From contig JAHWKP010000001.1 in assembly GCA_019347775.1 (NCBI GenBank), forward strand, positions 1-40,891: a DNA stretch of 40,891 nucleotides, in the 5' to 3' direction. Numbering within the stretch: position 1 is the stretch's first letter; each line of letters starts with the position of its first letter. Under the pieces are notes generated by a model. That model saw only the letters and a program-made list of their open reading frames with translations. It ran no database searches and was not told the DNA's origin. Source of the stretch: Actinomycetota bacterium (GTDB taxonomy: Bacteria > Actinomycetota > Acidimicrobiia > Acidimicrobiales > JAHWKP01). A program made the translations under genes and the position numbers. Positions 8,856 to 19,251 of this stretch are shown in pieces.

Positions 8856-9667
8856 CAGGCCACGGCCTCCTCGACCGGTTCGTCGATGAGCCGCAGCGCC
8901 TGCACCGTCGGCGCAACGTCGTGGACCCTCACCATGCGCGCCCCGCGGAGGACGGACCACACCGCGGTGGCGATGGACCCTTCGAGCCTGTCCTCGGGCC
9001 CCGGTGTATCGCCCCCGCGAGCCGTGACCACTCCGAGGAACCCCTTGCGGCTGGTTCCGACCACGACCGGGCGGCCGAGCGAGACCACTTCGCCGATTCC
9101 CCTGACGAGGGCGAGGTTGTGCTCGGTGGTCTTGCCGAAACCGATCCCGGGATCGAGCCATACCTCTTTCACCCCGGCCGTGTCTGCTCGCTCGGCCCGG
9201 TCCCCGAGGAACGAGACCACCTCCGACACGACGTCGTCGTAGCGCGGCGCGTTCTGCATCGTCTGCGGCTCTCCCTGCATGTGCATTGCCACCCAGCCCA
9301 CTCCTTCTGCTGCGGCTACCGCCGCCAGGGAGGCCGACACGTCGTTCACGAGCGTTGCCCCGGCTGCTATTGCGGCGCGGGCTACATCGGCTGACCGGGT
9401 GTCGATGGAGACCCTCACCTCGCGGGCCAGCGCCTCGACCACCGGCAACGCCCGTCGGATCTGCTCTTCGGCGGGCACCGGTTCGGCCCCGGGGCGGGTG
9501 GATTCGCCTCCCACGTCGACGATGTCGGCTCCTTCGGCTGCCATCTCGAGCCCGTGGTCAATCGCCGAAGTGGCGTCGCTCCAGCGCCCGGCGTCGGAGA
9601 AGGAGTCCGGCGTCACGTTCAATATGCCCATCACGAGGGCGCGTTTCGACGCTTCGGAAACCCGCAT
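8855..9667 (-). CDS. folP: Dihydropteroate synthase
   Basis: 270 aa. MGILNVTPDSFSD, DVGGESTRPG, DPGIGFGK and SRK motifs are present. Confidence 0.93.
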   Translation of the reverse strand: MRVSEASKRALVMGILNVTPDSFSDAGRWSDATSAIDHGLEMAAEGADIVDVGGESTRPGAEPVPAEEQIRRALPVVEALAREVRVSIDTRSADVARAAIAAGATLVNDVSASLAAVAAAEGVGWVAMHMQGEPQTMQNAPRYDDVVSEVVSFLGDRAERADTAGVKEVWLDPGIGFGKTTEHNLALVRGIGEVVSLGRPVVVGTSRKGFLGVVTARGGDTPGPEDRLEGSIATAVWSVLRGARMVRVHDVAPTVQALRLIDEPVEEAVA

Positions 9668-9763
9668 TTGGGAGCGAGCGTACCTGTTGCATCCCTGGTA
9701 GAACTTGGCAAATGACCTTCTGAAGCGGCATTTCGTCCCCCAGAGCTTGCTACAGGCGCTGGC

Positions 9764-10333
9764 TCACCGGCCGTGGATGAAGGCCATGGCCTCGGCCCGG
9801 GTGCGCGAGTCGTCGCGGAACAGGCCCCGCACCGCGGACGTCACCGTGGTCGTGCCCGACTTGCGGACCCCCCGCATCGACATGCACAGGTGCTCGGCTT
9901 CGACCACCACGAGCACTCCCCTCGGCTCAAGATGCTTCTCCAACGCGTCCGCGACCTCCGTGGTGAGGCGCTCCTGAACCTGCGGCCGGCGGGCGTAAAT
10001 GTCGACAAGACGCGCCAGCTTCGACAGCCCGGTGATGCGACCGTCAGCATTCGGGATGTAGGCCACGTGGGCGACTCCGATCCAGGGAGACAGGTGGTGC
10101 TCGCACAGTGACTGCGTCGGGATGTCCTTCACCATCACCATCTCGTCATGGTCGGCGTCGAAGGAGACGTTGAGTATCTCGAGGGGGTCCTGGCCGATCC
10201 CGGCGAAGACCTCGGCGTACATCGCCGCCACCCGCTCGGGCGTCCTTACGAGCCCGTCGCGGAAGGGGTCCTCCCCAATGGCCTCCAGGATCTCGCGGAC
10301 GGCCTTTTCGATCCTCGCCTGGTCTACGGGCAT
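9764..10333 (-). CDS. folE: GTP cyclohydrolase I
   Basis: 189 aa. [18 protein letters not shown] and HLCMSMRGV motifs are present. Confidence 0.95.
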   Translation of the reverse strand: MPVDQARIEKAVREILEAIGEDPFRDGLVRTPERVAAMYAEVFAGIGQDPLEILNVSFDADHDEMVMVKDIPTQSLCEHHLSPWIGVAHVAYIPNADGRITGLSKLARLVDIYARRPQVQERLTTEVADALEKHLEPRGVLVVVEAEHLCMSMRGVRKSGTTTVTSAVRGLFRDDSRTRAEAMAFIHGR

Positions 10334-10344
10334 AGCGGCAGGAT

Positions 10345-12321
10345 CTAAGCGGTGGCCGGGCCCGTGCGAGGGACCCGCCGGCGAGCCGGCCGTGCCCGCT
10401 TCGAGCCCTTCGCCTCGGCGGCGTCTCGTGAAGAGGCCGCCGCGACCTGGTCCCGTGCCCGGGACCTCGATTTGGCCGGCGCGCGTCCGGGCCGGAGAAC
10501 CGGCGCCGGCGAAGGCCAGGGGTCGAGATGACCTATGACGGCCATGAGATCGGGCGTGTCCAGCGTCTCATGCTCCATCAACGCCGCCGCCAGCTCGTCG
10601 AGGGTCGCCCGATGGGTCGTGAGGATGTCGCGGGCCAGGTCGTGAGCCTCGTCGATCAGGCGGCGGACTTCGCCGTCGATGCTGGTGGCCACTTCGTCTG
10701 AGTAATTGGGCGTGTGGTTGATGTCGCGTCCCAGGAAGACCTCGCCGTCGCGCTGGCCCAGTTGCTGGGGCCCGAGCATGTCGCTCATCCCGTACTCGGT
10801 GACCATGGCCCGGGCGATCCGCGTGGCCTTCTCGATGTCGTCCTGCGCCCCGGTGGTCGGGTCCGCGAAGATCAGCTCCTCCGCGCTGCGGCCGCCGAGG
10901 GCCATGGCGAGTTGATCGGTCAGTTCTGAACGTCGGACCAGGTAACGGTCCTCGGTCGGCAGAGACAGGGTCCAGCCAAGGGCTCGGCCGCGGGAAACGA
11001 TCGACATCTTGTGAATGGGATCGGCGCCGGGAAGCACGTGGCCCACGAGAGCGTGGCCACCCTCGTGGTAGGCGATTACGAGCCTTTCGCGCTCGGACAT
11101 GACCCGGGTGCGTCGCTCCGGGCCGGCCAGCACCCGGTCGATGGCCTCCTCGACCTCACGCATGCCGATCCGGGGACTGTCCTGCCGGGCCGCCAGCAGG
11201 GCCGCCTCGTTCATCAGGTTCGCCAGGTCGGCGCCCGTGAAGCCCGGCGTGCGTCGGGCTACGACGCTCAGGTCGACCGTGGTCCCGAGGGGCTTGTCCT
11301 TGGCATGGACCGCGAGAATCGCCTTCCGGCCCTCGAGGTCGGGGCGGTCGACGACGATCTGGCGGTCGAAGCGGCCGGGGCGTAGCAGTGCCGGGTCGAG
11401 GATGTCGGGTCGGTTGGTGGCCGCGATGAGGATCACGCCCGCCTGGGTCTCGAAGCCGTCCATCTCCACGAGGAGCTGATTGAGCGTCTGCTCCCGCTCG
11501 TCGTGTCCCCCGCCGAGACCCGCGCCGCGGTGGCGACCGACGGCATCGATCTCGTCCATGAAGATGATCGCGGGGGCTGAAGCCTTTGCCTGCTCGAACA
11601 GGTCGCGGACCCGGCTGGCACCGACGCCGACAAACATCTCCACGAAGTCCGACCCGGAGATGGAGAAGAAGGGCACGCCGGCTTCGCCGGCCACTGCCTT
11701 GGCCAGCAGCGTCTTGCCGGTGCCGGGCGGACCGTAGAGAAGAACGCCCTTCGGCACTTTGGCGCCGATGGCGCTGAAGCGCTCGGGCGCGGCCAGGTAG
11801 TCCTTGATCTCCTGCAGTTCGGCGACCGCTTCGTCAGCGCCCGCGACGTCGGCGAAAGTGGTCTTGGGCTGATCTTTGGACATGGTGCGGGCCTTGGCCT
11901 TGCCGAACTGCATGACCCGGTTGCCGCCACCTTGCATCGAATTGATGACGAAAAGGAAAATTCCGAGGATCAGCAGGATCGGCAGCAGGTTGATCAGCAG
12001 GGAGACGAGCACATTGCCGCCCTCGGGCCGGGATTCCACTTCCACACCGGCGTCGAGGAGCTTGGTGGTGACCTCGTCCGCGTATTCGGCCGGGTAGTGG
12101 ACCTCGTATTCCGCGCCGGGAACGGTCTTGCCCGTGACCAGACCGTCTCCGTCGACGATCTCGGCAGTTGCGATCTGCTTGTCGGCCAGAAGCCGGTTGA
12201 ACTGGTCAAGCGAGAAGCGCTCGGGCTCGTCACCGCCGCCGAGGAAGCCGGCGCCGAGCACGAAGACGACGGCCGCCACCCCGAGCAAGATGCCGAGCTT
12301 TCGCTTATCTAGGCGGTGCAT
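10345..12321 (-). CDS. ftsH: ATP-dependent zinc metalloprotease FtsH
   Basis: 658 aa. Has two N-terminal TM segments, an AAA+ Walker A (GPPGTGKT), Walker B (IIFMDEID), the second region of homology, and the HEGGHA zinc site. Confidence 0.97.
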   Translation of the reverse strand: MHRLDKRKLGILLGVAAVVFVLGAGFLGGGDEPERFSLDQFNRLLADKQIATAEIVDGDGLVTGKTVPGAEYEVHYPAEYADEVTTKLLDAGVEVESRPEGGNVLVSLLINLLPILLILGIFLFVINSMQGGGNRVMQFGKAKARTMSKDQPKTTFADVAGADEAVAELQEIKDYLAAPERFSAIGAKVPKGVLLYGPPGTGKTLLAKAVAGEAGVPFFSISGSDFVEMFVGVGASRVRDLFEQAKASAPAIIFMDEIDAVGRHRGAGLGGGHDEREQTLNQLLVEMDGFETQAGVILIAATNRPDILDPALLRPGRFDRQIVVDRPDLEGRKAILAVHAKDKPLGTTVDLSVVARRTPGFTGADLANLMNEAALLAARQDSPRIGMREVEEAIDRVLAGPERRTRVMSERERLVIAYHEGGHALVGHVLPGADPIHKMSIVSRGRALGWTLSLPTEDRYLVRRSELTDQLAMALGGRSAEELIFADPTTGAQDDIEKATRIARAMVTEYGMSDMLGPQQLGQRDGEVFLGRDINHTPNYSDEVATSIDGEVRRLIDEAHDLARDILTTHRATLDELAAALMEHETLDTPDLMAVIGHLDPWPSPAPVLRPGRAPAKSRSRARDQVAAASSRDAAEAKGSKRARPARRRVPRTGPATA

Positions 12322-12374
12322 GAACTACCAACGGTACGGCATGGCAAGGCTGTCGATGCCCTCAGGGGCGGCCG

Positions 12375-12932
12375 CTATTCGTTGCCGTCGGCGAATTCAG
12401 CTACGTATGGCAGGTTCCTGAATCGCTCATCGAAGTCGAGTCCGTAGCCGACGACGAAGCGGGGCGGAATTCTGAAACCTACGTATCGAAGGTCGGGATC
12501 GCCCTTCTGCAGGCCCTCCTTCACGAGCAGGGCGCAGACCTCGAGACTGGCCGGTTGCCGTGCCGCGAGCGTTCGCCGTAGGTAAGAGAGGGTGAGTCCG
12601 GAATCGACGATGTCCTCTACCACGAGAACGTGCCGGTTGGTCAGGTCGACATCGAGATCCTTGACGATGCGGACGACTCCACTGGTCTTGGTCGCGCTGC
12701 CGTATGACGCCACCGCCATGAAGTCGAACTCCACTGGCAGCCGGATAGCTCGCGCGAGGTCGGCCATGAAGATGAATGCCCCCTTGAGGACACCGATCAG
12801 CAACGGCGGGCGGTCGGCATAATCCGCGGTGATGCGATCGCCCAGCTCGGCGACCTTGGCCGCAAGCTGCTCTTCGGTTACGACGATCTCACCTATGCGC
12901 GGGTCGTCGCCCAGTCCCTGCGCTACCCGCAC
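12375..12932 (-). CDS. hpt: Hypoxanthine phosphoribosyltransferase
   Basis: The C-terminal ~185 aa of ORF 12375..13328 carry the PRPP-binding loop [14 protein letters not shown] and [11 protein letters not shown]. The upstream part overlaps tilS in another frame. The GTG at 12932 lies 10 nt after the tilS TAA stop. Confidence 0.88.
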   Translation of the reverse strand: MRVAQGLGDDPRIGEIVVTEEQLAAKVAELGDRITADYADRPPLLIGVLKGAFIFMADLARAIRLPVEFDFMAVASYGSATKTSGVVRIVKDLDVDLTNRHVLVVEDIVDSGLTLSYLRRTLAARQPASLEVCALLVKEGLQKGDPDLRYVGFRIPPRFVVGYGLDFDERFRNLPYVAEFADGNE

Positions 12933-12942
12933 GGGGCGCAGG

Positions 12943-13809
12943 TTAGGCGCGGGCCACCGACAGACGGCCCCGGCTGCGCTCGACGCGCACACCTTCGGCG
13001 ACCTCGGTGGCCACGGCTTCTCCCCGGGCGACTGCGAGGACCCGCTCGACTGAGGCCGCCGACGGTGGATGCCCGCCCAGGTGCGGACGCAGCCAACGTC
13101 GCAGGGCGCGGCGGGCGAAAGGCACAGGCGCCCCCGCCACCGCGGCGGCATCGGTCGGGTCGATGTCGGCCGACAACGCGTCCAGCAGGTCGGCATCGTC
13201 GGCGAGCAATCCCGCTTGGCGGGCCAGCACCGCGGACACGTCACGACCGGCAAGCGCATCGAGAAGAGGGAGCACCGAGTGGCGTACGGCGTTGCGCAAC
13301 AGGTTCTGGTCCTCGTTGCTCGGATCAACCACCGGCTCCAGCCCTTCGTCGGCGCAGATCTTGTGCGTCTCGACGCGGCGCAATCCCAGGATCGGGTGGT
13401 TCGGACCGGGCCTCATGCCGGCCAGCCCGTCCAGCCCTGATCCCCGCAGAAGGTTCAACACGACGGTTTCGGCTTGATCGTCGGCCGTGTGGCCGGTGGC
13501 CGCTCCCTCGGGAAGCACAGCCCGGCGAGCGGCCCGCGCCCGAGCCTCCAGGTTCGGACCCGGCACCACTGGGGTCTGCACACCCTCGAATCGGGCGCCG
13601 TAGCGGCGAGCCGCGTCCCGTACGACTTCGGCCTCGGCGGCCGACCCCTCGCGTAAGCCGTGGTCGACATGCCAGGCCGTCACTTCGCACCCCGCAACCA
13701 CGGCCAGAACCAGCAGCGCCAGCGAGTCGGCGCCGCCGGATACGGCGCAGTCGAGCCGGGTGCCCGCCGGAGGAAACGTGCAGCGGTCGAGCAACTCGGT
13801 CAAAGGCAC
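12943..13809 (-). CDS. tilS: tRNA(Ile)-lysidine synthase (short form)
   Basis: Has the PP-loop SGGADS motif ([12 protein letters not shown]). The position upstream of hpt/ftsH is the conserved actinobacterial arrangement. At 288 aa, it lacks the long C-terminal domain of the E. coli type. Confidence 0.85.
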   Translation of the reverse strand: MPLTELLDRCTFPPAGTRLDCAVSGGADSLALLVLAVVAGCEVTAWHVDHGLREGSAAEAEVVRDAARRYGARFEGVQTPVVPGPNLEARARAARRAVLPEGAATGHTADDQAETVVLNLLRGSGLDGLAGMRPGPNHPILGLRRVETHKICADEGLEPVVDPSNEDQNLLRNAVRHSVLPLLDALAGRDVSAVLARQAGLLADDADLLDALSADIDPTDAAAVAGAPVPFARRALRRWLRPHLGGHPPSAASVERVLAVARGEAVATEVAEGVRVERSRGRLSVARA

Positions 13810-13819
13810 CGAGGTTGGA

Positions 13820-14911
13820 TCAGAAGTTCGAGGCCAGCGCCGGGGGTGGAGTGCCGACGCGTCTCAGCCAGGCTGCCGGGTCGGCAATTTCGGCCTTGGT
13901 CGGCAGGTACTCGGGACCCTGCCAAGCCACATCGATGGCGCGCTCCCCCGCGGTCTCCTCGACCCCGGCGATGAAACGCTCACCCGCCTCGTACTGGCGC
14001 ATCTTGGCCTCCAGCCCGAGCAGCTTCTGGAGCACCTTGGCGGCCGGACCGGCCGACGCACGGCGGGCGTGGAGCACCGCCGAGAAGCGCTCGGCGTTCG
14101 GGACCCGGTCCTTGGCGGCACGATCCATGATCACGTCTCCGTGGCCCTCGAGCAGGCTCATCATCGCCCCGAGCGACTCGAGGCTCTCGCGCTGTGCGGG
14201 CGTGGCGAAGACCGCGGCCAAGCCACCGTCATCTAGTGGGTTGCGCCCGTCGCGCACCTCGTCAATCGAGCGCCTGATCACTGCCATGAGATGGGCGGGG
14301 TCGACCCGCAGCGACCCGACCACCCCATCGACCAGGCCCACGAAGTGGTGCCGCAGCCAGGGCACTCCGGTGAACTGGGCGCGATGAGTGAGCTCATGGA
14401 GGGCGATCCAGAGGCGGAACTCGGCGGGCGGGAATCCGAAACGGCGTTCCAGGGCGGCGATGTTGGGGCCGACGTAATAGACCAGATCTTGGTCGTCGGG
14501 ATCCTCGTCCTCGGTCAGCAGCAGGTCGTACTGGCCCAGCACCCGGGTCGACATCCAGCCCAACAGGGCTCCGAGTTCAGCCGCGGTCACCTTGCCCAGC
14601 ACCGGCGCCAGGGGGTTGCGTACGCCCTTGTCCGATCCGAGCCGGCCCAGGACCGGCCCTAGGAGCCGCTTGAAGGTCGCAACGTTGGCGCGGGCCCAGG
14701 CGTCACGGTCGACCACCCGGGCCCGGGCCGCGCCGGTGGTGGATCGCAGGCCGGTCTCGGCCGCAACCAATTCCTCGGCCTCGACCGTCGCGGCCATGAG
14801 ATCGGCCTCGAGCGCGGCTCGATCGTAGGGACCGGGAGGCGAAAGTCTGCCGGCGAGGCCGCCCGCGACCTTGGCCGCCAGTGCCCAATCGACCGCGTCG
14901 TGGAGGCTCAT
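13820..14911 (-). CDS. Zinc-dependent metalloprotease, DUF2342 family
   Basis: 363 aa with an HEXXH motif (ALHELTHRAQF). Composition and length are like the actinobacterial DUF2342/TIGR03624-type hydrolases found next to tilS. The family assignment is from memory. Confidence 0.72.
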   Translation of the reverse strand: MSLHDAVDWALAAKVAGGLAGRLSPPGPYDRAALEADLMAATVEAEELVAAETGLRSTTGAARARVVDRDAWARANVATFKRLLGPVLGRLGSDKGVRNPLAPVLGKVTAAELGALLGWMSTRVLGQYDLLLTEDEDPDDQDLVYYVGPNIAALERRFGFPPAEFRLWIALHELTHRAQFTGVPWLRHHFVGLVDGVVGSLRVDPAHLMAVIRRSIDEVRDGRNPLDDGGLAAVFATPAQRESLESLGAMMSLLEGHGDVIMDRAAKDRVPNAERFSAVLHARRASAGPAAKVLQKLLGLEAKMRQYEAGERFIAGVEETAGERAIDVAWQGPEYLPTKAEIADPAAWLRRVGTPPPALASNF

Positions 14912-14924
14912 CGGCTACCTCGCC

Positions 14925-15083
14925 TCAGCGGCGAGGCGGTGGTGGTTTGTGGGAGCTGACCTTCCTGACATAGCCAACACCGAGCGAGACAGCCAGGAAC
15001 AAGCCGCCCGCGACGAGCGGCGGCGCCACCCAGTAGTGCCAGACCTTGGCTGCGAAAACAGGAAGAGTGATCAGCGCGTCCAT
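14925..15083 (-). CDS. Possible 52-aa single-pass membrane protein
   Basis: Hand-translated as MDALITLPVFAAKVWHYWVAPPLVAGGLFLAVSLGVGYVRKVSSHKPPPPRR-stop. It is below the ORF-track cut-off. It has a hydrophobic core and a basic/Pro tail. There is no clear SD. It fills the gap between rsrA and the protease gene. Confidence 0.3.
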   Translation of the reverse strand: MDALITLPVFAAKVWHYWVAPPLVAGGLFLAVSLGVGYVRKVSSHKPPPPRR

Positions 15084-15116
15084 CTAGAGAAGATGGTAGG
15101 CGGGGATGGAGAAGGC

Positions 15117-15377
15117 TCAGGTCAGGCCAAGCGCGCTGGCGATGCGCTCCCTTAGTCCCGGCGGAACCGATTCACAGCAGGAGCGAGACACGAGAGCCTT
15201 CAACTCCGCTTCGAATCCAAAAGCGTGGTCGCACGGCTGGCAGTCGGCGAGGTGGCGGCTGATTTCCACGCGCACCTCCTGGGTCACCTCACCGTCGAGG
15301 TAGGTGTAGATGTGCATCAGAGCCTCTCGGCACTTGCCGATTGTCGCTGGCCCGATGGAGTTCTCTGATTCAGTCAT
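15117..15377 (-). CDS. rsrA: Zinc-binding anti-sigma factor (ZAS family, RsrA/RshA-like)
   Basis: 86 aa. Has the HxxxCxxC motif (HLADCQPC) plus an upstream Cys and a C-terminal CC. Its start forms an ATGA overlap with the sigH stop. Confidence 0.85.
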   Translation of the reverse strand: MTESENSIGPATIGKCREALMHIYTYLDGEVTQEVRVEISRHLADCQPCDHAFGFEAELKALVSRSCCESVPPGLRERIASALGLT

Positions 15378-15997
15378 GCCGCTCCGCCATTTCGGTCCCC
15401 ACTGCCCTTCGTGGCGGGGGCGGGAGCCCCATCACCACGATCTACGAGCCCTCGTTGCTTTCCAAACTCGAACAACGCCTTCTGCAGCGCCTTTCTTCCC
15501 CGGTGGATCCTGCTCATGACGGTACCGATCGGCACCTCCATGATGTCGGCAATCTCCTGGTAGCTGAAGCCCTCGACGTCAGCTAGCAGTACCGCTATGC
15601 GGAACTGGTCGGGCAGCTCCTCGACAGCCCTCTTGACCTCCGCCTCGGTGATGTGCTCCATCACCAGGTCCTCCGGGCTCCGCCCCGTGGGCGCGGTCGA
15701 TTCGCCGCCGAGTCGGCGGTACAGGTAGAGGTCCTCCACGTCTTCGACGTCGGACTCCTGGGGGCGGCGTTTCTTGGCCCGATAGATGTTGATGAAGGTG
15801 TTGGTGAGGATGCGATAGAGCCACGCCCTCAGGTTCGTCCCCTCGGTGAAGCTGCCGAACCCGCGGTAGGCCCGCAGATAGGTCTCCTGCACCAGGTCCT
15901 CGGCATCCGCGGGCTTCCGGGTCATGCGCAGGGCGGCTCCGTAGAGGGCCGGCATGTGCTCCATCGCCATCTCTGCGAACTTCGCCTGGTCGGCCAC
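15374..15997 (-). CDS. sigH: ECF sigma factor, SigH/SigR-like
   Basis: [30 protein letters not shown] is region 2 and [12 protein letters not shown] follows. Region 4 is [27 protein letters not shown]. The GTG at 15997 is the only start that keeps the conserved KFxE helix. An alternative ATG lies at 15970. Confidence 0.9.
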   Translation of the reverse strand: MADQAKFAEMAMEHMPALYGAALRMTRKPADAEDLVQETYLRAYRGFGSFTEGTNLRAWLYRILTNTFINIYRAKKRRPQESDVEDVEDLYLYRRLGGESTAPTGRSPEDLVMEHITEAEVKRAVEELPDQFRIAVLLADVEGFSYQEIADIMEVPIGTVMSRIHRGRKALQKALFEFGKQRGLVDRGDGAPAPATKGSGDRNGGAA

Positions 15998-15998
15998 G

Positions 15999-16071
<73 letters not shown>

Positions 16072-16127
16072 AATGTCTTTGGCGGCTGGGCACCCCAACC
16101 GACCGGCCTAACAGGCTAAGGGTTCCC

Positions 16128-17189
16128 CTACCCCAGCGAGACCAGTAGCGATGTCAGCAGCAGGATTTCGTTGGGGTTGCGGATGAGGGCCTCGTTGGCC
16201 TCGCCTATGGCTTCGAGTGCCTCCAGATAGCGCCGGGTGGCAGCCCTATCGGCACCGCCCAGCTTCGACCGGTAGTACTCGGCCAGCGTGGCGAATCCCA
16301 TGCGTAGCTCGTCGGTGCGCACCCGCCGGCGCTCGCGGCGCTGTCTCGCCTCGATGACCTTGCGCCCGGAGCCGCGCTTGCCCCACTCGCTCTCCCGACG
16401 GTCCAGCTCCTCCATCTCTGCTTGGTGACGCGCCGCCAACAAGCCCGACTCGACCGTGTCGATCATCGACGTGAGCGCGTCAACGAGATTCGACGCCCGG
16501 TGACCAGTCCCATCCAGCTGCTCGGGCACCGACGACCAGGCCTGCACGCGGGCCGCCAGAGAAGGGTCGGCCGCCAGCAGGCGCGCCCGCTCCGGCCGGC
16601 CACCGGAACTGGCCGCCGCCAGCGCGGCCGCCTCGGGATCGGCTCCCTCGGCCACCAGCCTCTCCTCTATGACTTCTGCGGCCACCGGACCGAAGTCGAT
16701 GCGAGCACAGCGGCTGGCGATGGTCACCAACTCCGGGGGGACGTGCTCGGCCAGCGCGACGAAGTAGGTCGACGGTGGTGGTTCTTCGATGGTCTTGAGC
16801 AGGGCGGGCCCCGCTTCCTCGACCAGATGGAGATCGTCGAGGATCACGACCTTACGTGGGGCCTCCACCGGCGCCTGGGCGGCGATCCGCACGACTTCAG
16901 CGGCGTCGCCGACAGACATCGCCGCCCCTTCGCGCTGGATCAGGCGGACGTCAGGGTGGATGTCGGCGAGCACCCTTCGGCAGATCTCACAATGGCCGCA
17001 CCCGGCGTCGTCGCACAGCAGAGTGGCGGCAAACGACAGCGCCGCTTGCAGCTTGCCGGTTCCCGCCGGTCCCACGAGCAGATACGCATGCACCGGCGTG
17101 CGCGCCGACGCCCGTAGACGCGCCACCGCCGCGTCCTGGCCGACTACGTCGCCATAGAGGCCCTTCGCCTCTTGGGGAGCCAGGGTCAT
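16128..17189 (-). CDS. holB: DNA polymerase III subunit delta-prime
   Basis: AYLLVGPAGTGK and the zinc module CGHCEICRR are present, with a clamp-loader AAA+ layout. The ATG at 17189 forms an ATGA overlap with the tmk stop. The ORF track start at 17228 lies inside tmk. Confidence 0.85.
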   Translation of the reverse strand: MTLAPQEAKGLYGDVVGQDAAVARLRASARTPVHAYLLVGPAGTGKLQAALSFAATLLCDDAGCGHCEICRRVLADIHPDVRLIQREGAAMSVGDAAEVVRIAAQAPVEAPRKVVILDDLHLVEEAGPALLKTIEEPPPSTYFVALAEHVPPELVTIASRCARIDFGPVAAEVIEERLVAEGADPEAAALAAASSGGRPERARLLAADPSLAARVQAWSSVPEQLDGTGHRASNLVDALTSMIDTVESGLLAARHQAEMEELDRRESEWGKRGSGRKVIEARQRRERRRVRTDELRMGFATLAEYYRSKLGGADRAATRRYLEALEAIGEANEALIRNPNEILLLTSLLVSLG

Positions 17190-17800
17190 GACTCCAACCG
17201 CACGCGACTGCGCTCCCACGCGTCCCACACTCGCGCCGCGACGTCGTCGATCGACCCGGACCCGTCCACGACGACCCAGCTCCCGTCGTCCAGCGCTGCC
17301 AGCTGGCGGAATCCGGCAATGACCCGGTCGTGGAAATCCTCGCCGGCTGCCTCGAGCCGGTCACGCGGTCGGCCCACCCGCCCCCGCCGCAGTTCGTCGG
17401 GAACGTCGAGGAAGACCACCAGGTCGGCCGCGACGCCGCCGGTGGCCCAGCGGGACAAGGCGGCGACCTCGCCGGCGTCGAGTCCCCGGCCGAAGCCTTG
17501 ATAGGCAAGCGACGACGGGGTGAACCGGTCGGTCACCACGTGGCGCCCGGCGTCGAGTGCCGGACGGATGACTTCAGCGACGTGTTGTGCGCGGGCCGCC
17601 GCCATGAGCAACGCTTCGGCCCTCGGATCCATGTCGTCGGTGCCGTCGAGCACGAGTCGGCGGATCGCTTCACCCAACCCCGTGCCGCCCGGCTCGCGGG
17701 TCACCACGGCGTCGAGCCTCCCTGCCAGCAACCGGGCTTGGGTTGACTTGCCGCTTCCCTCGCCTCCCTCGATGGCGACGAGCCGCCCGCGCCTAGTCAT
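17186..17800 (-). CDS. tmk: Thymidylate kinase
   Basis: Has the LVAIEGGEGSGKSTQ P-loop and the DRF motif. The ATG at 17800 forms an ATGA overlap with the MFS gene's stop. The upstream 37 codons of the tracked ORF overlap the MFS gene. Confidence 0.9.
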   Translation of the reverse strand: MTRRGRLVAIEGGEGSGKSTQARLLAGRLDAVVTREPGGTGLGEAIRRLVLDGTDDMDPRAEALLMAAARAQHVAEVIRPALDAGRHVVTDRFTPSSLAYQGFGRGLDAGEVAALSRWATGGVAADLVVFLDVPDELRRGRVGRPRDRLEAAGEDFHDRVIAGFRQLAALDDGSWVVVDGSGSIDDVAARVWDAWERSRVRLES

Positions 17801-19242
17801 GACTCCGGAGCCGCAGTGTGCGAGGACTCGTCGCCGTGACCAAAGAGCTCTCGCCGCATGGACATGGTGGCGAGAACCCCGGCGACCACGATGATCGCCC
17901 CGCCCAGCCACAAGGTCAGGCGCACACCGGGCAGGCTGACGCTCAGCTCCCCGAGGTGGAGTTCATGTCCGAACAGCGCACCCGAGGCGCCGTCTAGCAG
18001 CGACGACAGGACCGGCGCCGCGGCGAAGGCAAGCAGAAGGCAGAACCGCACGGCCGTATAGAGCGTGGCGAAGATCCGACCCCTGAGCACGTCGTCGACG
18101 TCGGACTGGATGATCGAGAACCCGAGCACGTACACAGTTCCGGCACACAAGCCGAGCACGCTGACGCATAACACTGCCGGCGTCAGGCTCGCCATAGAGG
18201 CTCCGACGAGGATGGCCGTGCCAGCGCCGAAGACCGCCGCGACGAAGGCGCGCTCATGGGGAAGCTTGCTCTGGAACACCGAGATGAGCACCACTCCGAT
18301 GGCGGTACCGAATCCCATGCCCGTCAACAAGAGGCCGAACCCCGCGGACCCCGCGCCCAAGACTCGCGTCGAGAACACCGGGCCGAGCGGCACGAGCATT
18401 CCGCCACCGATCAGCCCCGTCGCCAGACCGAGCATCACGGATCTGACCAGCGGGCTGGAGCGGATGAACCTCCAGCCATCGGAGAGCTCGCTGAAGGCAT
18501 GACCGAAGGACAGCTTGGGCAGGGGCTCGGTGCGCGGCTTCTCCTCGGGCAGGTGAGTCGAGGCAATGATCGCGGCGGCGCCGATCGAGAGCAACGCGTA
18601 CACCGCGAACGCCACGTTCTCCTGGTTGAGACGGTCGGAGTCGGGCAGGCCCACCCCGACGAGCCACTCGTTGGCCTTGGCCAGCAGAGCGAACACGAGC
18701 GAACCGAGAGGGAATGTGCCGTAGGCGGCCACCAGCGACAGAGAATTGGCGGTCGGGAGTTGATGGGCCGGCACGATGCGCGGGACGGTCGCCTCCTTGG
18801 CCGGCGACCACATGAGGGCCAGGATCTCCAGCGCCAGCGACACGACGAACAGCTCGAGCACGCTGTCGACGAAGGGCAGGAACAGCAGCACGACGCCTCG
18901 GCCGGCACTGCACACGACCAGCACGCGCTTGCGATTCCAGCGGTCGACGAAAACGCCGGCCACGGGCGCAAGGAAGAACCCGGGGATCAACCTCGCTGAC
19001 AGCACCAGGCCGATGGAGGCCTCGGGAGAGGCGCCGCCCACGCGAGCGGCGAGAGCGGTGATGGCGACGAACCCGATCCAATCGCCCAGGGAGGCCAGTA
19101 CTTGTGAGATCCACAGCCGCAGGAAGGCCGGCGTTCCGAAGAGCCGGATTGATTCCGGCCGGTGGGGAATCTCCTCCGGATCGACGAAGGGCGGCTTGGG
19201 AGGATGCGCGGACGAAGGCCCCGCCGAAGAGACTTCAGCCAC
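17797..19242 (-). CDS. MFS-type transporter
   Basis: 481 aa with about 12 hydrophobic segments and the GVFVDRWNRKRVL loop motif typical of MFS loop 2-3. Confidence 0.82.
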   Translation of the reverse strand: MAEVSSAGPSSAHPPKPPFVDPEEIPHRPESIRLFGTPAFLRLWISQVLASLGDWIGFVAITALAARVGGASPEASIGLVLSARLIPGFFLAPVAGVFVDRWNRKRVLVVCSAGRGVVLLFLPFVDSVLELFVVSLALEILALMWSPAKEATVPRIVPAHQLPTANSLSLVAAYGTFPLGSLVFALLAKANEWLVGVGLPDSDRLNQENVAFAVYALLSIGAAAIIASTHLPEEKPRTEPLPKLSFGHAFSELSDGWRFIRSSPLVRSVMLGLATGLIGGGMLVPLGPVFSTRVLGAGSAGFGLLLTGMGFGTAIGVVLISVFQSKLPHERAFVAAVFGAGTAILVGASMASLTPAVLCVSVLGLCAGTVYVLGFSIIQSDVDDVLRGRIFATLYTAVRFCLLLAFAAAPVLSSLLDGASGALFGHELHLGELSVSLPGVRLTLWLGGAIIVVAGVLATMSMRRELFGHGDESSHTAAPES

Positions 19243-19251
19243 GGAGAGAGG

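Noticed and set aside
16095-16127. A SigH/SigR-type autoregulatory promoter upstream of tRNA-Thr/sigH (GGAAC on the minus strand at 16126-16122).
   Set aside because: Downstream GTT triplets lie at spacings of 9 and 22 nt, and only a GTC lies at 18 nt. None fits the GGAA(C/T)-N17-18-GTT consensus. The GGAAC overlaps the holB stop region.
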